Assembly: GCA_051362555.1 (NCBI GenBank)
Contig: CM120643.1
Coordinates: 11,506,644 to 11,570,643, forward strand
Direction: 5' to 3'
Length of the DNA: 64,000 bases
Source: Lingula anatina
Taxonomy: Eukaryota; Animalia; Brachiopoda
The notes under the pieces are model-generated. The model searched no databases, was not told where the DNA came from, and saw only the letters and a list, made by a program, of their open reading frames with translations. Below are positions 14,201 to 27,545 of the stretch, piece after piece. The translations under genes and the position numbers were made by a program. Every line of letters begins with the position of its first letter. The first letter of the stretch is position 1.

Positions 14201-17200
14201 TCTTAAGATCCACAGGCACAAATAGCCAGTAAGTGAAATAAGTGACAGAAATTTCTTATGCTTTATTTAATTACTTTTTTCAGGGAGAGAAGATAAATTT
14301 TTCGGAAAGTATTGACACGTTTGACGAAACACTCACTTTCCAAGATATGAACCTATCACGGCCATTGTTGAAAGTGAGCATAACATGAAGTTACATCATA
14401 GAGTTTTAGCTCCTCACTAGCCTATAACATTTTGTCATTAACTCCAAATTATTTATTGTGGTTAAGTAAATAGAGTAATTTTTTTTCTCTTGCACATTAA
14501 TACTAGGTTTTCTGTAAAATATGATTTTCTTAAAAAAAAAAGTTTGAATTTGTTATGTGAATATACCAGAAGTTTTTTTTTCCTTTTTCATTTATTCCCA
14601 TTATAGTTGTAAGACTTTACACCAATAGGTTCAAGTGTGCAATTTTCTTTTAGATTTTTATAGTAACTTAGTACAATTGGAAAATGTCTCATTTACCCCT
14701 AAATTATTGAATTTTTCTGCTGCCATGCCAAAACATTATATTGATTGAAGCAAAACATGATATTACTTGAAAGTTAATTAAAGTCATCATGTGTAACCTG
14801 TTCATTATAAATTTTAATGTACTGGGTGTATGATTTGCATAAGTTAACTGATCCAGAGATAATGAATTGTTAATCCAGGCATTGAGTATGATGAAGTTTG
14901 ACAAACCCACACCTATCCAGTCAGCCACCATCCCTGTTGCTCTTCTTGGAAAGGACATTTGTGCTTGTGCCGTGACAGGAAGTGGTGAGGTTGCTTGTGG
15001 AATAGTTATCTTCATGTCGTATATATCATGGTAGTGCTTTAAAATTAGACAATATGATATGCAATCAAAATATTTTATTTCTCCAAACCACAGCCTTTCG
15101 GCAGTGATTCTTAATTATTACTATGGCTATTAGTATCCAGTGTTTTTCCATGGAAAATACTGGGGCTAACGAAACAAATGCAGCCATTGATTGCATCTCT
15201 ATTCTTACCTTTCAGGTAATAGTTATAAAATTCCCACACCCTCCTATCAACCCACTATAATAAATTGCTCTATCTTTGCCTGATTATGTGATTATCACAT
15301 TTTGTTTCATTCCCTGGCCAGGTAAAACTGGGGCATTCATGCTACCTGTCCTGGAGCGTCTCCTGTACAAGCCCAAGACGGCGCCAGTCACCAGGGTACT
15401 GGTGGTGGTGCCGACAAGAGAACTGGCGGTCCAGGTGCACCAGGTGGGGCGCCAATTGGCACAGTTCACTAACGTGGAAATCTCCCTGTCTGCTGGTAAG
15501 GACTTTTATATCATCTCGCTGTATGATTTTTTAGTGTAATCTGAGTTGTATTTGTGTCTGCTGGTAAAGAATTTTATATCATCTCACTGTATGTTTTTTC
15601 AATGTAATCTGAGTTGTATTTGCATATCTCTTACTGTTCAGTTTGTAACATTAATGCTGGGTCCTTGACACTAAATTCTGATAAAATTGCAACCAGATCC
15701 CTATATATTAGAGCAGTGAAAATAAGTCTGGTTAATAGAATATCAAAAAAGATATTATTTTCAAAAATAAACTGAAGTGAGAATTTAGAAGAATATTGCA
15801 TCCCCAATATAGACACGGTTGGAAGTATTCAGAAATATTATATTGTGACTTCCATAGGTGGCTTGGATATCAAGGCACAGGAAGCTGCTCTTCGCCTTGG
15901 ACCTGATGTTGTCATAGCAACCCCAGGGAGACTCATTGATCATCTTCATAATGCACCAAACTTTAACCTTCAAAGCATAGAAATTCTTATCTTAGATGAA
16001 GCAGATAGGTAGGTTTGGACAAACTTTATCCCATCTCCAGTTTTGGGGGATTAACAGAAAATCTGTTGGGGTAATTAGCAGTCTGACCACTCTTGAATAT
16101 AAAACAATTTTCTATTTTTTTTATTTATTCATTTTAATTTTTTATATTTTAGATATCCATACATTTGGATTACAACAACAATTAAAATCATTATTTTCTT
16201 GTTGTTTGAAAAAGAATATATTTCAAAACCATCCAATGGCTGTACAAAGAGTTGTATTCATAGATAATGTGGTATAATGCTTCATAACCTCCTCTCAGCA
16301 GGTTGTGTTCACATTGTGACCACCAGGTGATGCTGGGGTACTCTGCCACTGAGCATTGGGGCAGGGTGTTGCCTTTAGTTGCAAAACTATAATAAATGCA
16401 GTATTAAATGTTTTAATGTACATTAATTAATTTTCAGAATGTTAGACGAGTATTTTGCTGAGCAGATGAAGGAAGTGATACGCTTGTGTTCAAGGACAAG
16501 GCAGACCATGTTGTTTTCTGCTACAATGACAGATGAGGTATTATAAGTCCAAGCTTTTTCTAAATTACTAAAAAAATGTAAAAATATTAGTACACCAACT
16601 TTCATGTCTCAGTCAAGTAGATTTAATTTTGATCATTCATTGATATTGAGTTTGCCTATTCAAAGAAATTTTTTGGTTGTTTTAGGATATATGAGAGTAT
16701 TTTATATTGAGGGTGAAAACAAAAGCAGTTCAGCATACCTTCGGTTCCTGGGTCATATATTATTATGAGATATGTCATGAATATGATATTCAATTTTGTT
16801 AATTTCATTATTCTTAAATAATGGCAGATTCTTTCCTGTTGCCTATAGGTGAAAGACTTAGCTGCCGTTTCCCTCAACAACCCAGTGAAGGTGTTTGTGA
16901 ATGACAGCACAGATGTGGCCTACAACCTGAGGCAAGAGTTTGTCAGAATACGCCCAAACAGAGAAGGGGACAGGGAGGCCATTGTAGCAGGTACAGACTC
17001 GGACTCTGTCTACTGTCTTTTAGCTCTGTAAATGATTATTGACCTATTTCATAAACAGGGATGAGATTTTTTCAACTATTGGTGGATACCCAGGACTAAG
17101 GGTAACTTGGACCTCAGCCATATTTTCAGACTTTATTCAATAAAAGACCGTCGCTTTCCTGACTGTAGTTCCGAAGTTAGTATTAAGCACCTGTTCTGTT

Positions 17201-20200
17201 TATATTTTCTACTTCTTTTTGTCCCCCCCAGCACTGGTAAAGCGGAATTTCCATGATCATGTGATAGTATTTATTCAGACCAAGAAGCAAGCTCACAGAA
17301 TGCACATTGTTCTGGGTTTATTAGGCATCAAAGTCGGGGAGTTACATGGAAACTTGTCCCAATTACAGGTGAGCATTTTCGCATGTGTTACACCATCTTT
17401 CAGTTAAACAAATATTTCAGTTTTGAACACTCATAATAGTGAAGTTTGCTTGAAAATATTTAAATTCCAGAAAATTATGAATATTATGGTTCTTTGCAAA
17501 CTTGGAAATTACTTTCTAAAACACATATTTTTCTTTTCAGAAGATGTAATTATGCTTTCATCCTAAGAATTTTGTCTGTATTCTCACAAATAGAGGAGAC
17601 AGATATTTTAAAATGTGCATGAACTCTTTCACATCTTCCATCAACAATCATCATAGATTGTAATCATTGTGATGCATGATAGTTTTTACAACAATGTCAG
17701 GAACTGTAGGCACTAAAAATTAAGTGAAAGGAAATGTTTGATAGTATGTATGGACTGTAAAGTATTGTCACAATATTCAGACAAATTCTTGATGTGTCAC
17801 GTAGTTTTTATGACAATTTTAAGAGATTGGAGGCACTGAAGAAGTTCAAGTCAGAAGAGATAGATGTCCTGCTGGCCACAGACCTGGCAGCCAGAGGTTT
17901 GGACATCCAGGGAATTAAAACTGTGAGTTACCAACATTAAAGGCACAGTCTACAGGGCTTATACACATTTAAGGGTGCATGGTTGCATTTTGCAACCACT
18001 TTTTCCCTTCAGGCAACCAAATCTTGATCAGCGGTTGTCTGACAATGCAACTTATTCCATTTTGAACATTTTTCATTTATTGTATGTTTTATAGTGTGTT
18101 TTATGGCATTAGCTCCTTTTGGTAACATGTGCAGTAGTTGTGTTGATTATAAGATAACAATCAAATGTTTTAAAATATGTATTACGTTTTCTGTAATCTC
18201 TTTTTGCAAAAAAGCAGAGAAACGGGCATTACTTTTTATTGGAATTCTTTTTGAATCTGGAGTATCGATTTGAAATTAGAAGTCTTTCATTATATGCTTG
18301 GCAAATTGCCAACCGACCCCATCCCCTCCACCCAAGCAATGTTTTAAAATCTGGTACAGCAACCACACCACTGGGCCTGGTAGTGTTCAGTAGCAACCAA
18401 ATGAAAAAGTAATGTCAAGCCCTGGTGTATACACACTTGTAAATATTTATTATTTTATTTTATTTTATTTCATTTTATTTTATTTTATTTTTTTTTTTTT
18501 AATTATTTTCTGATGGTCATCAAAATAGCTGAATAAGTGGAAATTTTTTATATATGCTGTGTAACTTTGAGCCAAATAAATAAAAAAGTTTATCTTTTTA
18601 CCCTTTTTTCCTTTGTTAACAGGTGATCAACTTTACTATGCCAAACACGATAAAACACTATATTCACAGAGTTGGGAGGACAGCGCGGGCTGGGAAAAGT
18701 GGAAGGTAAATGCCAGAAGATAGCTGCCTTTTTTTAAAAATTGGGCATCTGTTGTGAAAAGTTCCATCATGTAGCAGTGTTATTTTAATAGCAGTGTAGA
18801 ATTTTGTTTGTCAAAAATAAACTGGTAATTTACCAGACTGCTCTGTCTGCTTACAATCATACCTATCAGGGAATGGGGCTGTGACAGTATTTGATTAAGG
18901 ATTAGTTGTTTCTCTGGCTATTGACGAAAGAGCTTCTGTACATTCTGCTATTATGCATCTATTGTGGTGTCTGTATATGTGCATTTGTATTTAGGGGAAC
19001 CTTCCTTCTTTTCATTTGACACAGTAAGGATTTTGTTTTACTTCATTTTTTATTTTCAATTTATTTATTTATTTATTTTAAAATTTTAGGTCAATTACAC
19101 TTGTTGGAGAACAAGAGCGGAAGTATCTGAAAGAAATTGTAAAAAAAGCTAGAAACCCGGTTAAAAGCAGAGTCATTCCACAAGGTATCCTTAATATGTA
19201 TAAATGTAATATAAATATTAAAAAAATATATATATAATATAATAAATTTGATACAATTTTTTTACTTCATCAGGCAGTCCTTAATATATATATAGATGTA
19301 AGACAGTTTTTTTTTTTTTTTTTTTTTAAGTTAAAATGGAACCGATGACACCCTTTCATGCCGCAGAAAGAAATTGTTGAACACAAAGAATAAAGTATTT
19401 TTTTATTTATTTACATTTCTTGAAATTTCAGAGGTGATCACAAAATACAGGACCAAAATAACCAAAATGGAGAAGGACATTGTAGAGGTTATGAGACTGG
19501 AGCAAGAGGAGAAAGAGATGAGAATCTCAGAATTACAAGTCAACAAGGCACAAAAAATGATTGAGCATCAGTCAGAAATAATGAGTCGCCCAAAACGAAC
19601 CTGGTTCCAGACGCATCAGGAAAGAATGCAAGAAAAAAGTAAGACTATGACCAGTTTAAGAAAATGTGTAGATATGAAAGGTCTTGCATTGACTGATTAG
19701 TTCAGAGTTGGCTGAAAATATGCATGAATCAGTTTTGTGTTTATGGTACAGATCAGACATTATGAAAATGTTAAATATAAAGAATATTACAAACAGTATT
19801 TCAAAGTACAATAGAAGAAGTTATCTCATTTTTGGCTTCTCTTTACAAAGTTTTACAAAGAGTTTGAAGATACCAACCAGAACCCAAAATTAAAATATTT
19901 CCTTAAATACTGGTAATAAAATTGATTGGTGAATGTCTTGTGGACACTTTTTTTTTCAGCTGCATTATCTCTTGGGAAGTTTTCCATGTTACCCAGTAAT
20001 AGTGCCAAAAAGAAAAAAGTTTTTACTGTGAGTATAATACTTAACCATTGGAGTACAGCACAATTCTTTTGTTTCCCAATTTAATTGTTTAATTTGTCTC
20101 CTGTTTTAAGTGGAAAAATCTTGGCAAAAATTGAAGCAAATTTTCAATGATCTTCTTATTTGCAGTATTAGGATTTTAAATGTTAGCTCCTACAAAAGTT

Positions 20201-23200
20201 GGGGTTGTAATTGTTGCATTCTTATATGTTTTTATAGGCAGATGATCGTGCAAATTTTGAAATTGAAAAAGCGTCAGCATACCAAGCCAGGGAAGCAAAA
20301 AGGTCCAGGAAACCTAAACGTATTCGTGCAATCCAGGAAGAAGAAGAAGACAGAAGTCAAAGTGAGATTTTCTTAAACAAAGGGAATGAGTGAAGGGGGA
20401 ATTTCTGACTAAGGCAGGAATTCCTTTATTATGTGTCAGGTTGGAGAGGGAGTACATATACTTTAACCATAGTGTGCCATTAGTGCACCAACAAGCAAAT
20501 AGACCTTGGAAATTGATTTTTATTTAACTCATTGTCCCCTACCGCCGTCATTTGCCGACAATGTTTTCTTATTTCTATCCCGAGCGTCGTCATTTGACGT
20601 CGTAATATTAATAGTACCCATTCCCGACTGCCGTCATATGACGGCATCCAATATGGCGGGCCCCATGCCTAGCGACTTCATATGACGGCATGAGAAAGAA
20701 ACTTTGATTGGTAAGTTTTAAATAGCTCGTTTTCCGATTGGTTGTTGCTTTTCTTTTGGCCAATAAAATGGAGAGTACTATAGAACAAAATGTAAACATT
20801 TTGAGGGTTGCGGGAAGTCTACATATGGAGGAAATGCAGAGTATTTTTGATGAGAGATCTGGGTCTGAATTTTCGGGATTTGTTAGTGACAGTGAGTCTG
20901 ACAGCAATAATTTGAGCTATATTTCTTTTGAATAACACTTTACAGACAAAGTATGAAAGTGAATTAGGCAGCATTAGTGAAGATTTTAGAAGAATTCAGT
21001 GGGAAAACGATCTGTGGGAGGTGTAAAGTAGCTTTTCTGTGGTGAACTGCCTGGATTCACACATGGACTGACGGGTGACAAAGACTAACTAGACTTTAAA
21101 AACTGTTCTTTACTGATGAAATACTGAACAATTTGTTGGAAAATATAAATGCATATGCAACATACAATGACTCTAAGTGGAAAGAACAACTTAAAGCATG
21201 TCTCGGTGTCAGGGTTCATGTAGTATTTTTAAGTTGATGCTTATCTTATCACAACTGCATAATATAGATAATAAATATACTTTTTTGTGATCTGATGCTC
21301 ATCTTTTAATTATATTTTGTAGAATTTTGTCTTTTTTTTTTGTACCTGTTGATATAATCAAAAGAAGTATTATGATGTATATATTATATATTTATAAACA
21401 GTTGTTGAACTTATATTCATTGTTCAATTTTTATAGACCAAAAATTTGGACTTGATCTTCCCTATTCAATAAAGAACAATATTTTGAATATGTCCAGTTA
21501 TAAAGAATTTCATATTATACCAATTTCATGCCTTAAAAACCCTGAAAATTTGGAACAAACAAAACAACAGACCTAGAAAAAGGCCATATTGAATTTCCTC
21601 AGGGATATAGGAGAGTGCTGACAGTGGCGCCACCACATGGTGGTGGCCAGATTTGGTGTTAATGGCTGTAGGGGATCGTGCAGCAGTCACTGCAGGGGAC
21701 AATGAGTTAAAAGAAAATGGAACATGTAATGTTTTGGAATAATATGAATGAAGATACCATTTTGGGCTTTAGCCATCTATGTCCAAGTCATTAAAATGGT
21801 GAACTTTTTTGTTTATTTGTTTTTTTCCAGAACCCTCAAAGAAAAAGAAGAAACCTGGCAGCAAGTCAAATTTTGAAAAAGAGCTGACTAACACAAGCAG
21901 ACGTGCTGTGAAGAAATTCAGAGCAGGGTAGATGTGACATAAAATTTGATATTTTAAAACAACTTTCAGAATCAGTTCACCTTTATTGTCTTTTTGAACA
22001 ATAAAATGTATTTGCCACAACTGATTAAAGCATGCCATGATTACACAAGGTGTGTAATCTGACAACTAGTTATTGAAGATTTTTACACCATGACACCTTC
22101 ATTAATTTTCTTTTTTAAGATATTGTTATCTACAGTCCATATGTCCTATTTACCAGACTGAGAAGTATTACTCATGAAAACTTTTCAGCATTCATTTATG
22201 ATTTAGGGTTTATAATTTAATAAGTTTATAACTGGTTTATCCGGGAGTATTGATTTGCTTTTCCATTGACTTTTCTTTAAAAAAAATTAGTTAAAAGTGG
22301 TTACTTATTTCTGTTATTGACCAATATATTGCAGACCATCGAGGGAAGAGCGTAAAGAATATGCAAATAAAAAGAAACAACCAGTGAAGAAATTCAAATC
22401 TAAGAGCAGGTGAGATAATATTGTGTGAATTTGAATGAGATGAAAATAATAATAATAATAATAATTTATTGTTATATGTATACATATAAAAGTATAAAAT
22501 GAAAAATTATATGATCTGTTGATAAAATTTAATGAAATATATCAATTTTGTTCATTAAAAATACATGTTGCTGATGGGTTGAAACTATATTTGGTGCATG
22601 TGGACTTTGCCTCTAGACCTCTTGGTTTTGTCAAACAAAGTGGATGTGAAGTTCTCATCTATTGTAGTTCCCTGTAGCATGGCGGTTGCCATTTCTCAGG
22701 CTCTTTGTTTACCCCATTCAGGCCTGATGATTTTTATATACAGACACTATAAGTGTCTGTATATATTCTGATTGGTCTGTCTGTCTGTCTGTCATGTAAT
22801 GTTCAACCCATAACTACCAAACCATATCTTTGTTTTACTTTAAATTTACTGAGTGACTTTGTTTGATAAAGAGGCAGGTTGCTTTCGAAAATTGGCATGA
22901 TCAGCTTACATTTACATGTCAACTTTACCACTTCTCCTCCTAAACTACAAGAGCCCCTGTATCCATCTTTTGTATGTAGGTCACATATAATCTCAACGCT
23001 ATTCATGTGAATTTTGGGCTTTGTGGGTGCTTGGCACTTGTGGCAATGCACCCTTGTCCAAAATAATTACCATGTTTTTTTGTTTTTTTTAATTTCACAC
23101 AGTTGCATTTTCAGTGGCTTTTATAAAATGTTATTGAATCACTTGCTAGTTTTTCAGTGTCCATTTTACCTGTAGTACATAATGTAAGAGAGCAGGAGTG

Positions 23201-23478
23201 ATTATGCTGTTTTAAAGCATTATGTAACAGTGCATTAAATTGGCCTAAACATCATTTAGTGCACTTTTTTCTGCATAATGTCTGAACATTTGTCAACTAT
23301 GCCGCCTAGTTTCCTGTATTGTGTCTGTATATTTGCCAGCTTCGCTGTCTAGTTTTTTCTTGAAGTTTTCCTCCTTTCTATGAATAGGTTCTATTCTCTA
23401 AGCTTGTTTATGGTTATTTATCTATCTATCTTTCTAGTCCTTGTCTTTGATTTATTTTGCAGATACAAGAGAAAGTGA
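11266..23478 (+). CDS. DDX27: DEAD-box RNA helicase DDX27/Drs1 (about 21 exons)
   Basis: Exons ~11266-11349 (GLIGTI..acidic), 11661-11735, 12019-12141, 12797-12914, 14047-14114, 14284-14373 ([12 protein letters not shown]), 14879-14984 (PTPIQ..AVTGSG), 15322-15495 (KT..PTRELA), 15858-16008 (TPGR..DEADR), 16438-16537 (SAT), 16849-16990, 17232-17368, 17824-17922 (ARGLD), 18624-18706 ([10 protein letters not shown]), 19090-19184, 19432-19638 ([10 protein letters not shown]), 19960-20027, 20238-20361, 21831-21928, 22335-22409, 23463-23478 (RYKRK*). Confidence 0.93.
13414..13959. mobile_element. MITE with ~150-bp TIRs and a 3-bp TAT TSD (PIF/Harbinger-like)
   Basis: GAGCGCATTCTCAACGAATTAAGCCAGG... 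at left and its near-perfect reverse complement ending ...GAGAATGCGCTC at right; TAT on both flanks. Confidence 0.85.
17953..18424. mobile_element. Probable hAT-like MITE in a DDX27 intron
   Basis: Ends CAGGGCTT / AAGCCCTG; subterminal GCAACCA/GGTTGC repeats; TSD not clean. Confidence 0.45.
20528..21706 (+). mobile_element. Internally deleted piggyBac element
   Basis: TTAA TSDs, TIR CTCATTGTCCCCT / AGGGGACAATGAG; relic transposase with an acidic N-terminus ([16 protein letters not shown]) and [19 protein letters not shown] at ~21103. Confidence 0.85.
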
Positions 23479-24107
23479 GATCTACAAGTGGTACTAAAAC
23501 TGGTCACCTGCTATAACTTTGACTACAAAAAGAATGGATAGACTTCTTCAAAGAATTTTTTGATAATGGGTCATTTTCATCTGACCCAGCTATGCAGGTG
23601 ATTTTTTATTTGAAGAACTTTATTTTAAAATAAACACAATCTTAAAGATGTATTTGAAGTCCAAATTTTGCAACAAAACCTGGCCAAGTGCATCCATATA
23701 TGCATATAGTTTCAAACAGTATAATTTAGAGAAATGCCAAACAGGGCATTGTTTCACATTTCCCTAAAAATAAAATTTGAACAGATGTTTTCTCTTTCTT
23801 TCTGTGCTCTGTATACCCCTCGGCAGTCTCATTTTAATAAATATGCAATTGCATCCATAGCTGTATTTATACATGGGAGTGAGAGTGATGATTATGTCAT
23901 TTATGGAAATTTAACGAGGGTTGCAATTGATTGGAGGGGGGGGGGGCTTAAAACAAAACAAGTTTTATTAAACAAATCATTCAATGCAATCATGAAGCAA
24001 TATAATCAAGACATGGTCCCTCCCAAAGAGAGGAGACATTTTTCAAAGCAAAAGCTATTCACCAACTAAACGATCATTCATTTACTTGAAAATGCTGTTA
24101 GGGTAAT

Positions 24108-25055
24108 GTAGTCAAGGAACTTGCACAGTAGTTAAGCATAGTAAAGTAAACTGACAGAGCTCGTGAAATAATCTGATCTAAAAATTTGATATCTTATTCA
24201 GTATAAACAGAATGAAAAATATCATGGTAAAATTGTCTTTTTTAGCTATTATAACCTTTTTATTACTTTTAAATTTGTCTTTGTCGTTGTAGATTTTATA
24301 TATAATATTGTCAACAATGCTGAAGTGTATGTTTAAGGCACTTTATTTTTAAGGGAGATTTTTTTAAAATAATTTTTTATCTGCCGCAAATGTCAACAGG
24401 TCCAAATAAAAAATCTTTTTTTTTTCTTACTGCCTAGCCTAGTGTGCTGTGCTTTGCTAAAACCATGGCAGCTGCAATATCCTGTGGCTGTTAACAAATA
24501 AATAAAAACTCCAGGATACACAGTAATTTCACGTAATTTAAATGCATTTGTCAACATACTATATGAAAATAAAAAGTGTGTGCATCAGCAGTGTAATACA
24601 TAACAATTAACGAGTGAACCTTGCTTCAGAAAGAGAGCGTTTTAGTTGAATGAATTTTTTTAGGTGAGAATAACTACAGAAAGCACTATGCTAAATAGTG
24701 AAGCAGAAAAATTTTAGTCTGATCAACTAGCTCTGCTCATTCTACTGCAGCTGCCAAGTAAATTGCTGTTTGCATATTTACAACAAACGGTCCTTTTCAG
24801 GACCAACCACATATTCATAGAAAGGCTATGCCAGTGAAGTTCATTATGAATTAATTTTCACACCAAGCTTTTTATTGAGTCATTCAAAAGAAACATTATA
24901 GACATTAACTGAAACGTTAGACACAATACTCGCTTCTTGATAAGTTGCAGACCTCTTTATTGAGAATGGGTGTAATACGTGAAATAAAATGTGATAAAAC
25001 AGTCATCAGTAGCTATAGTTTGTTTTTTCCCCTACACATACAGACTGACATATTA
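24108..25055 (+). pseudogene. Degenerate orphan histone-repeat unit: H4-H2B spacer fused to the last codons and 3' end of H2A
   Basis: 24108-24710 aligns to the spacer at ~34788-35640; 24747-24855 = GCAGCTGCCAAGTAA (AAK*) + H2A 3'UTR + stem-loop; post-H2A spacer follows. Confidence 0.85.
24789..24804 (+). terminator. Orphan histone 3' stem-loop
   Basis: Perfect GGTCCTTTTCAGGACC followed by a purine-rich AGAAAGGCT element, with no intact histone CDS upstream. Confidence 0.9.
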
Positions 25056-25739
25056 AACAAGGCAGCAAAGCTGTCAAATATACAGACAAAAAACAGAAAA
25101 TAAATATGTAAAAAATAGGTCATTTTGTCAATTTTGATGCAATAATAAATAATGCTGTCAATCAACACTGAATTTTAATCATGAACAACAGATAACATGG
25201 TCAATAACAGAAGTGAACAGGAGAGATATTTTCTGACAGTATTCCAAATTATCTTTGTTGACCCATCCTCCATTTTTGATGGTATTCCAACAGAAAAAAT
25301 AGATACCTGTCAATGTAAACATTAAAATCTGACCATCTTCCAGAAGGCCCAGAAGACAGCCCCTGCCCCTGCAATAAGATTACAGTTTCAGGACCACAAG
25401 AGTTCAAATTTATATAATGAAAATCACAATATGTGAAAAATGATAACAGTGTATAAAATAATATTACACAATGTTTAAAGACATAAAAACCAATACAATT
25501 GCTCATGTGGAAATACAGAAAATGCACGGCACTTCTGGTGGAGGGGAGTAAAAAAACCACATCTTGAAGATGCTAGCGTTTGAAAAATAATTTTAAAATT
25601 TTTTAAGTAAAACGTAAAAAATTCCAATAAAGCTGCTATTCAAACTTTTAATCTAGCTGTATGAACTTGATATGAATAACCCCACCAAGTTTGAGAAAAA
25701 TAAGGCACTGTTATTCATCTATAGCATGTTGGCATAACA

Positions 25740-26150
25740 CATTTTTATGTACAGACACAGATGTGTCTGTACATATTGCCATCACCTGCGTCTGCCGTCG
25801 CCGATGCCGATGCCGATGCCGTCGCCGGCGCCGTGCACTTTCCTTGTAAACACGATAAGTGGAAGGCAGTTTCACTTTTTGGCTTTATATTTACAGAGCT
25901 GATGAATATTCATAAAACGCAGGTCAAGTTCGAAAATCGGCATGATCGAGCGACTATTTTAGTAGTTATGCGGTTTTTTCATTGTTCAGCATATATGCAA
26001 CACTGTAACCACAATATAAGAAAAACAGAAAGCCCAATTGTCATTAAACTCACAGGAATGGTCAGTCTTACTAAAACGCAGGTTGAGTTCGAAAATCAGC
26101 ATAATCGGGGCATTATTTTAGAAGTTATGCTGTTTTTTCACATTTCCTCA
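25740..26150 (+). mobile_element. Helentron-associated/pearl-like non-autonomous element remnant
   Basis: Short GCCGAT/GCCGTC microsatellite followed by two ~160-bp internal repeats (AAAACGCAGGT..GTTCGAAAATC at ~25914 and ~26073); boundaries uncertain. Confidence 0.45.
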
Positions 26151-26755
26151 GATTTAATTCTTAGGCATGTTAATAGCCTTATTATTTAAGTAATAAGATA
26201 CGTAAAAGTGTTTGTTTGACATTTCCTGCATCTTTACAACATTGTTAGTTGATTATTTAAAAATGATGGTAAACTTGTTATCATGTATTGTGTAATCAAG
26301 TGTCAAAAACGGAAATAAACTCATATCATTGCAGTTTGTCAGATTCAATCATCCACTATGTTCAGAATCTCAGAATGGAGGAAATTGGACATTTAACACT
26401 GTTCTATTGATACTTTTCTCATCTCATCAATTTTCTTAGTTGGTCATAAAAAAAATGGCAGTAAAATGTTTATTTTGTTTTATGTTAAAAAAGTGTTAAA
26501 AACGGAAATAAACCCATTTCAGAACAGTGCTGTCTTGTTTACATTTTGGCATTTTCAAGATGTGACTTTGAAGTTCCATGGGCCTGAAGACCTTTGCTAG
26601 TCACATTTTCTGAATATCTGTGATACTAATATTTTATAATTAAAAATTAATGGTCATTATGCTGTTAAACATTACGTAATATTGCATCAAAATTTGAAGA
26701 AACCCCTATTTTGGGCACTGCTCCCATGATGACCATTTAAGGAAAATCATGTCAC

Positions 26756-26820
<65 letters not shown>

Positions 26821-27545
26821 GCACATCTGAGTAAACAGTGGTATTTTAAAGACATCCACGGCTTAATTGCTAAATTTCGAAAACGTTTTAAAACGCGGGC
26901 AGTGGTTACACGTAATGCTACTTTCAGACTTTTAGGTAGCTTATTCATCACACTTAATTGTAATCTATAAATGCATTTTACGCAACCTTTGAGCCCTACA
27001 TCTCATCAGAATGTAATACAGTGACCATTTAAAGTTCTATGAACTCAACTACTTCTAGAACAACAACTACTACTGATACAAATAATAATAATATTTCATC
27101 GGACTGACGTTAATCTTAGCTCCGATGCACATTTTAAGTGTATTCCTAAGTTGTTTAATTGTGAGGCGTTGTTAAGTGATAATAATTTAATTAGTTTAAA
27201 GACGCTTAGCTTTGTATAATAAAATTTCTTGATGTATTTCTGCTTAATCGTACTTTAGTGAGGGCATTTAAGGATCAAGTGAAATTCATCCTCTACATCG
27301 TTTAAATTGCATAAGTCACAGATTCTTAATTTCTTATTTGTGTCTGTGTACCTGCCAGTCTCTACAGGTAGATTATGTGACGAAAGCCTAAATTTTGCGA
27401 TAAATTCCTTATTTTTCTGTGAAATTGGCTTATTCAAACAAAATTGCACTATGAAATTATCGACAAGATGTTGATACAAAAACCCTTTACTTGCTGTGAA
27501 TATTTCCCCGGTCAGTACTTGTCTAAAATGAACTTTCATCACTTA
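26756..27545 (-). mobile_element. 5'-truncated RTE-X-like LINE 3' fragment with (TAA)n tail, spacer copy 1
   Basis: Minus ORF FRLSSHNLPVETGRY..RICDLCNLNDVEDEFHLILKCP is a LINE ORF2 C-terminal zinc-binding motif; (ATT)n at 26756-26820 is the tail on minus. Confidence 0.75.

Noticed and set aside
15138-15162. Short palindrome CAGTGTTTTTCCATGGAAAATACTG
   Set aside because: Could be a collapsed MITE, but too short to support
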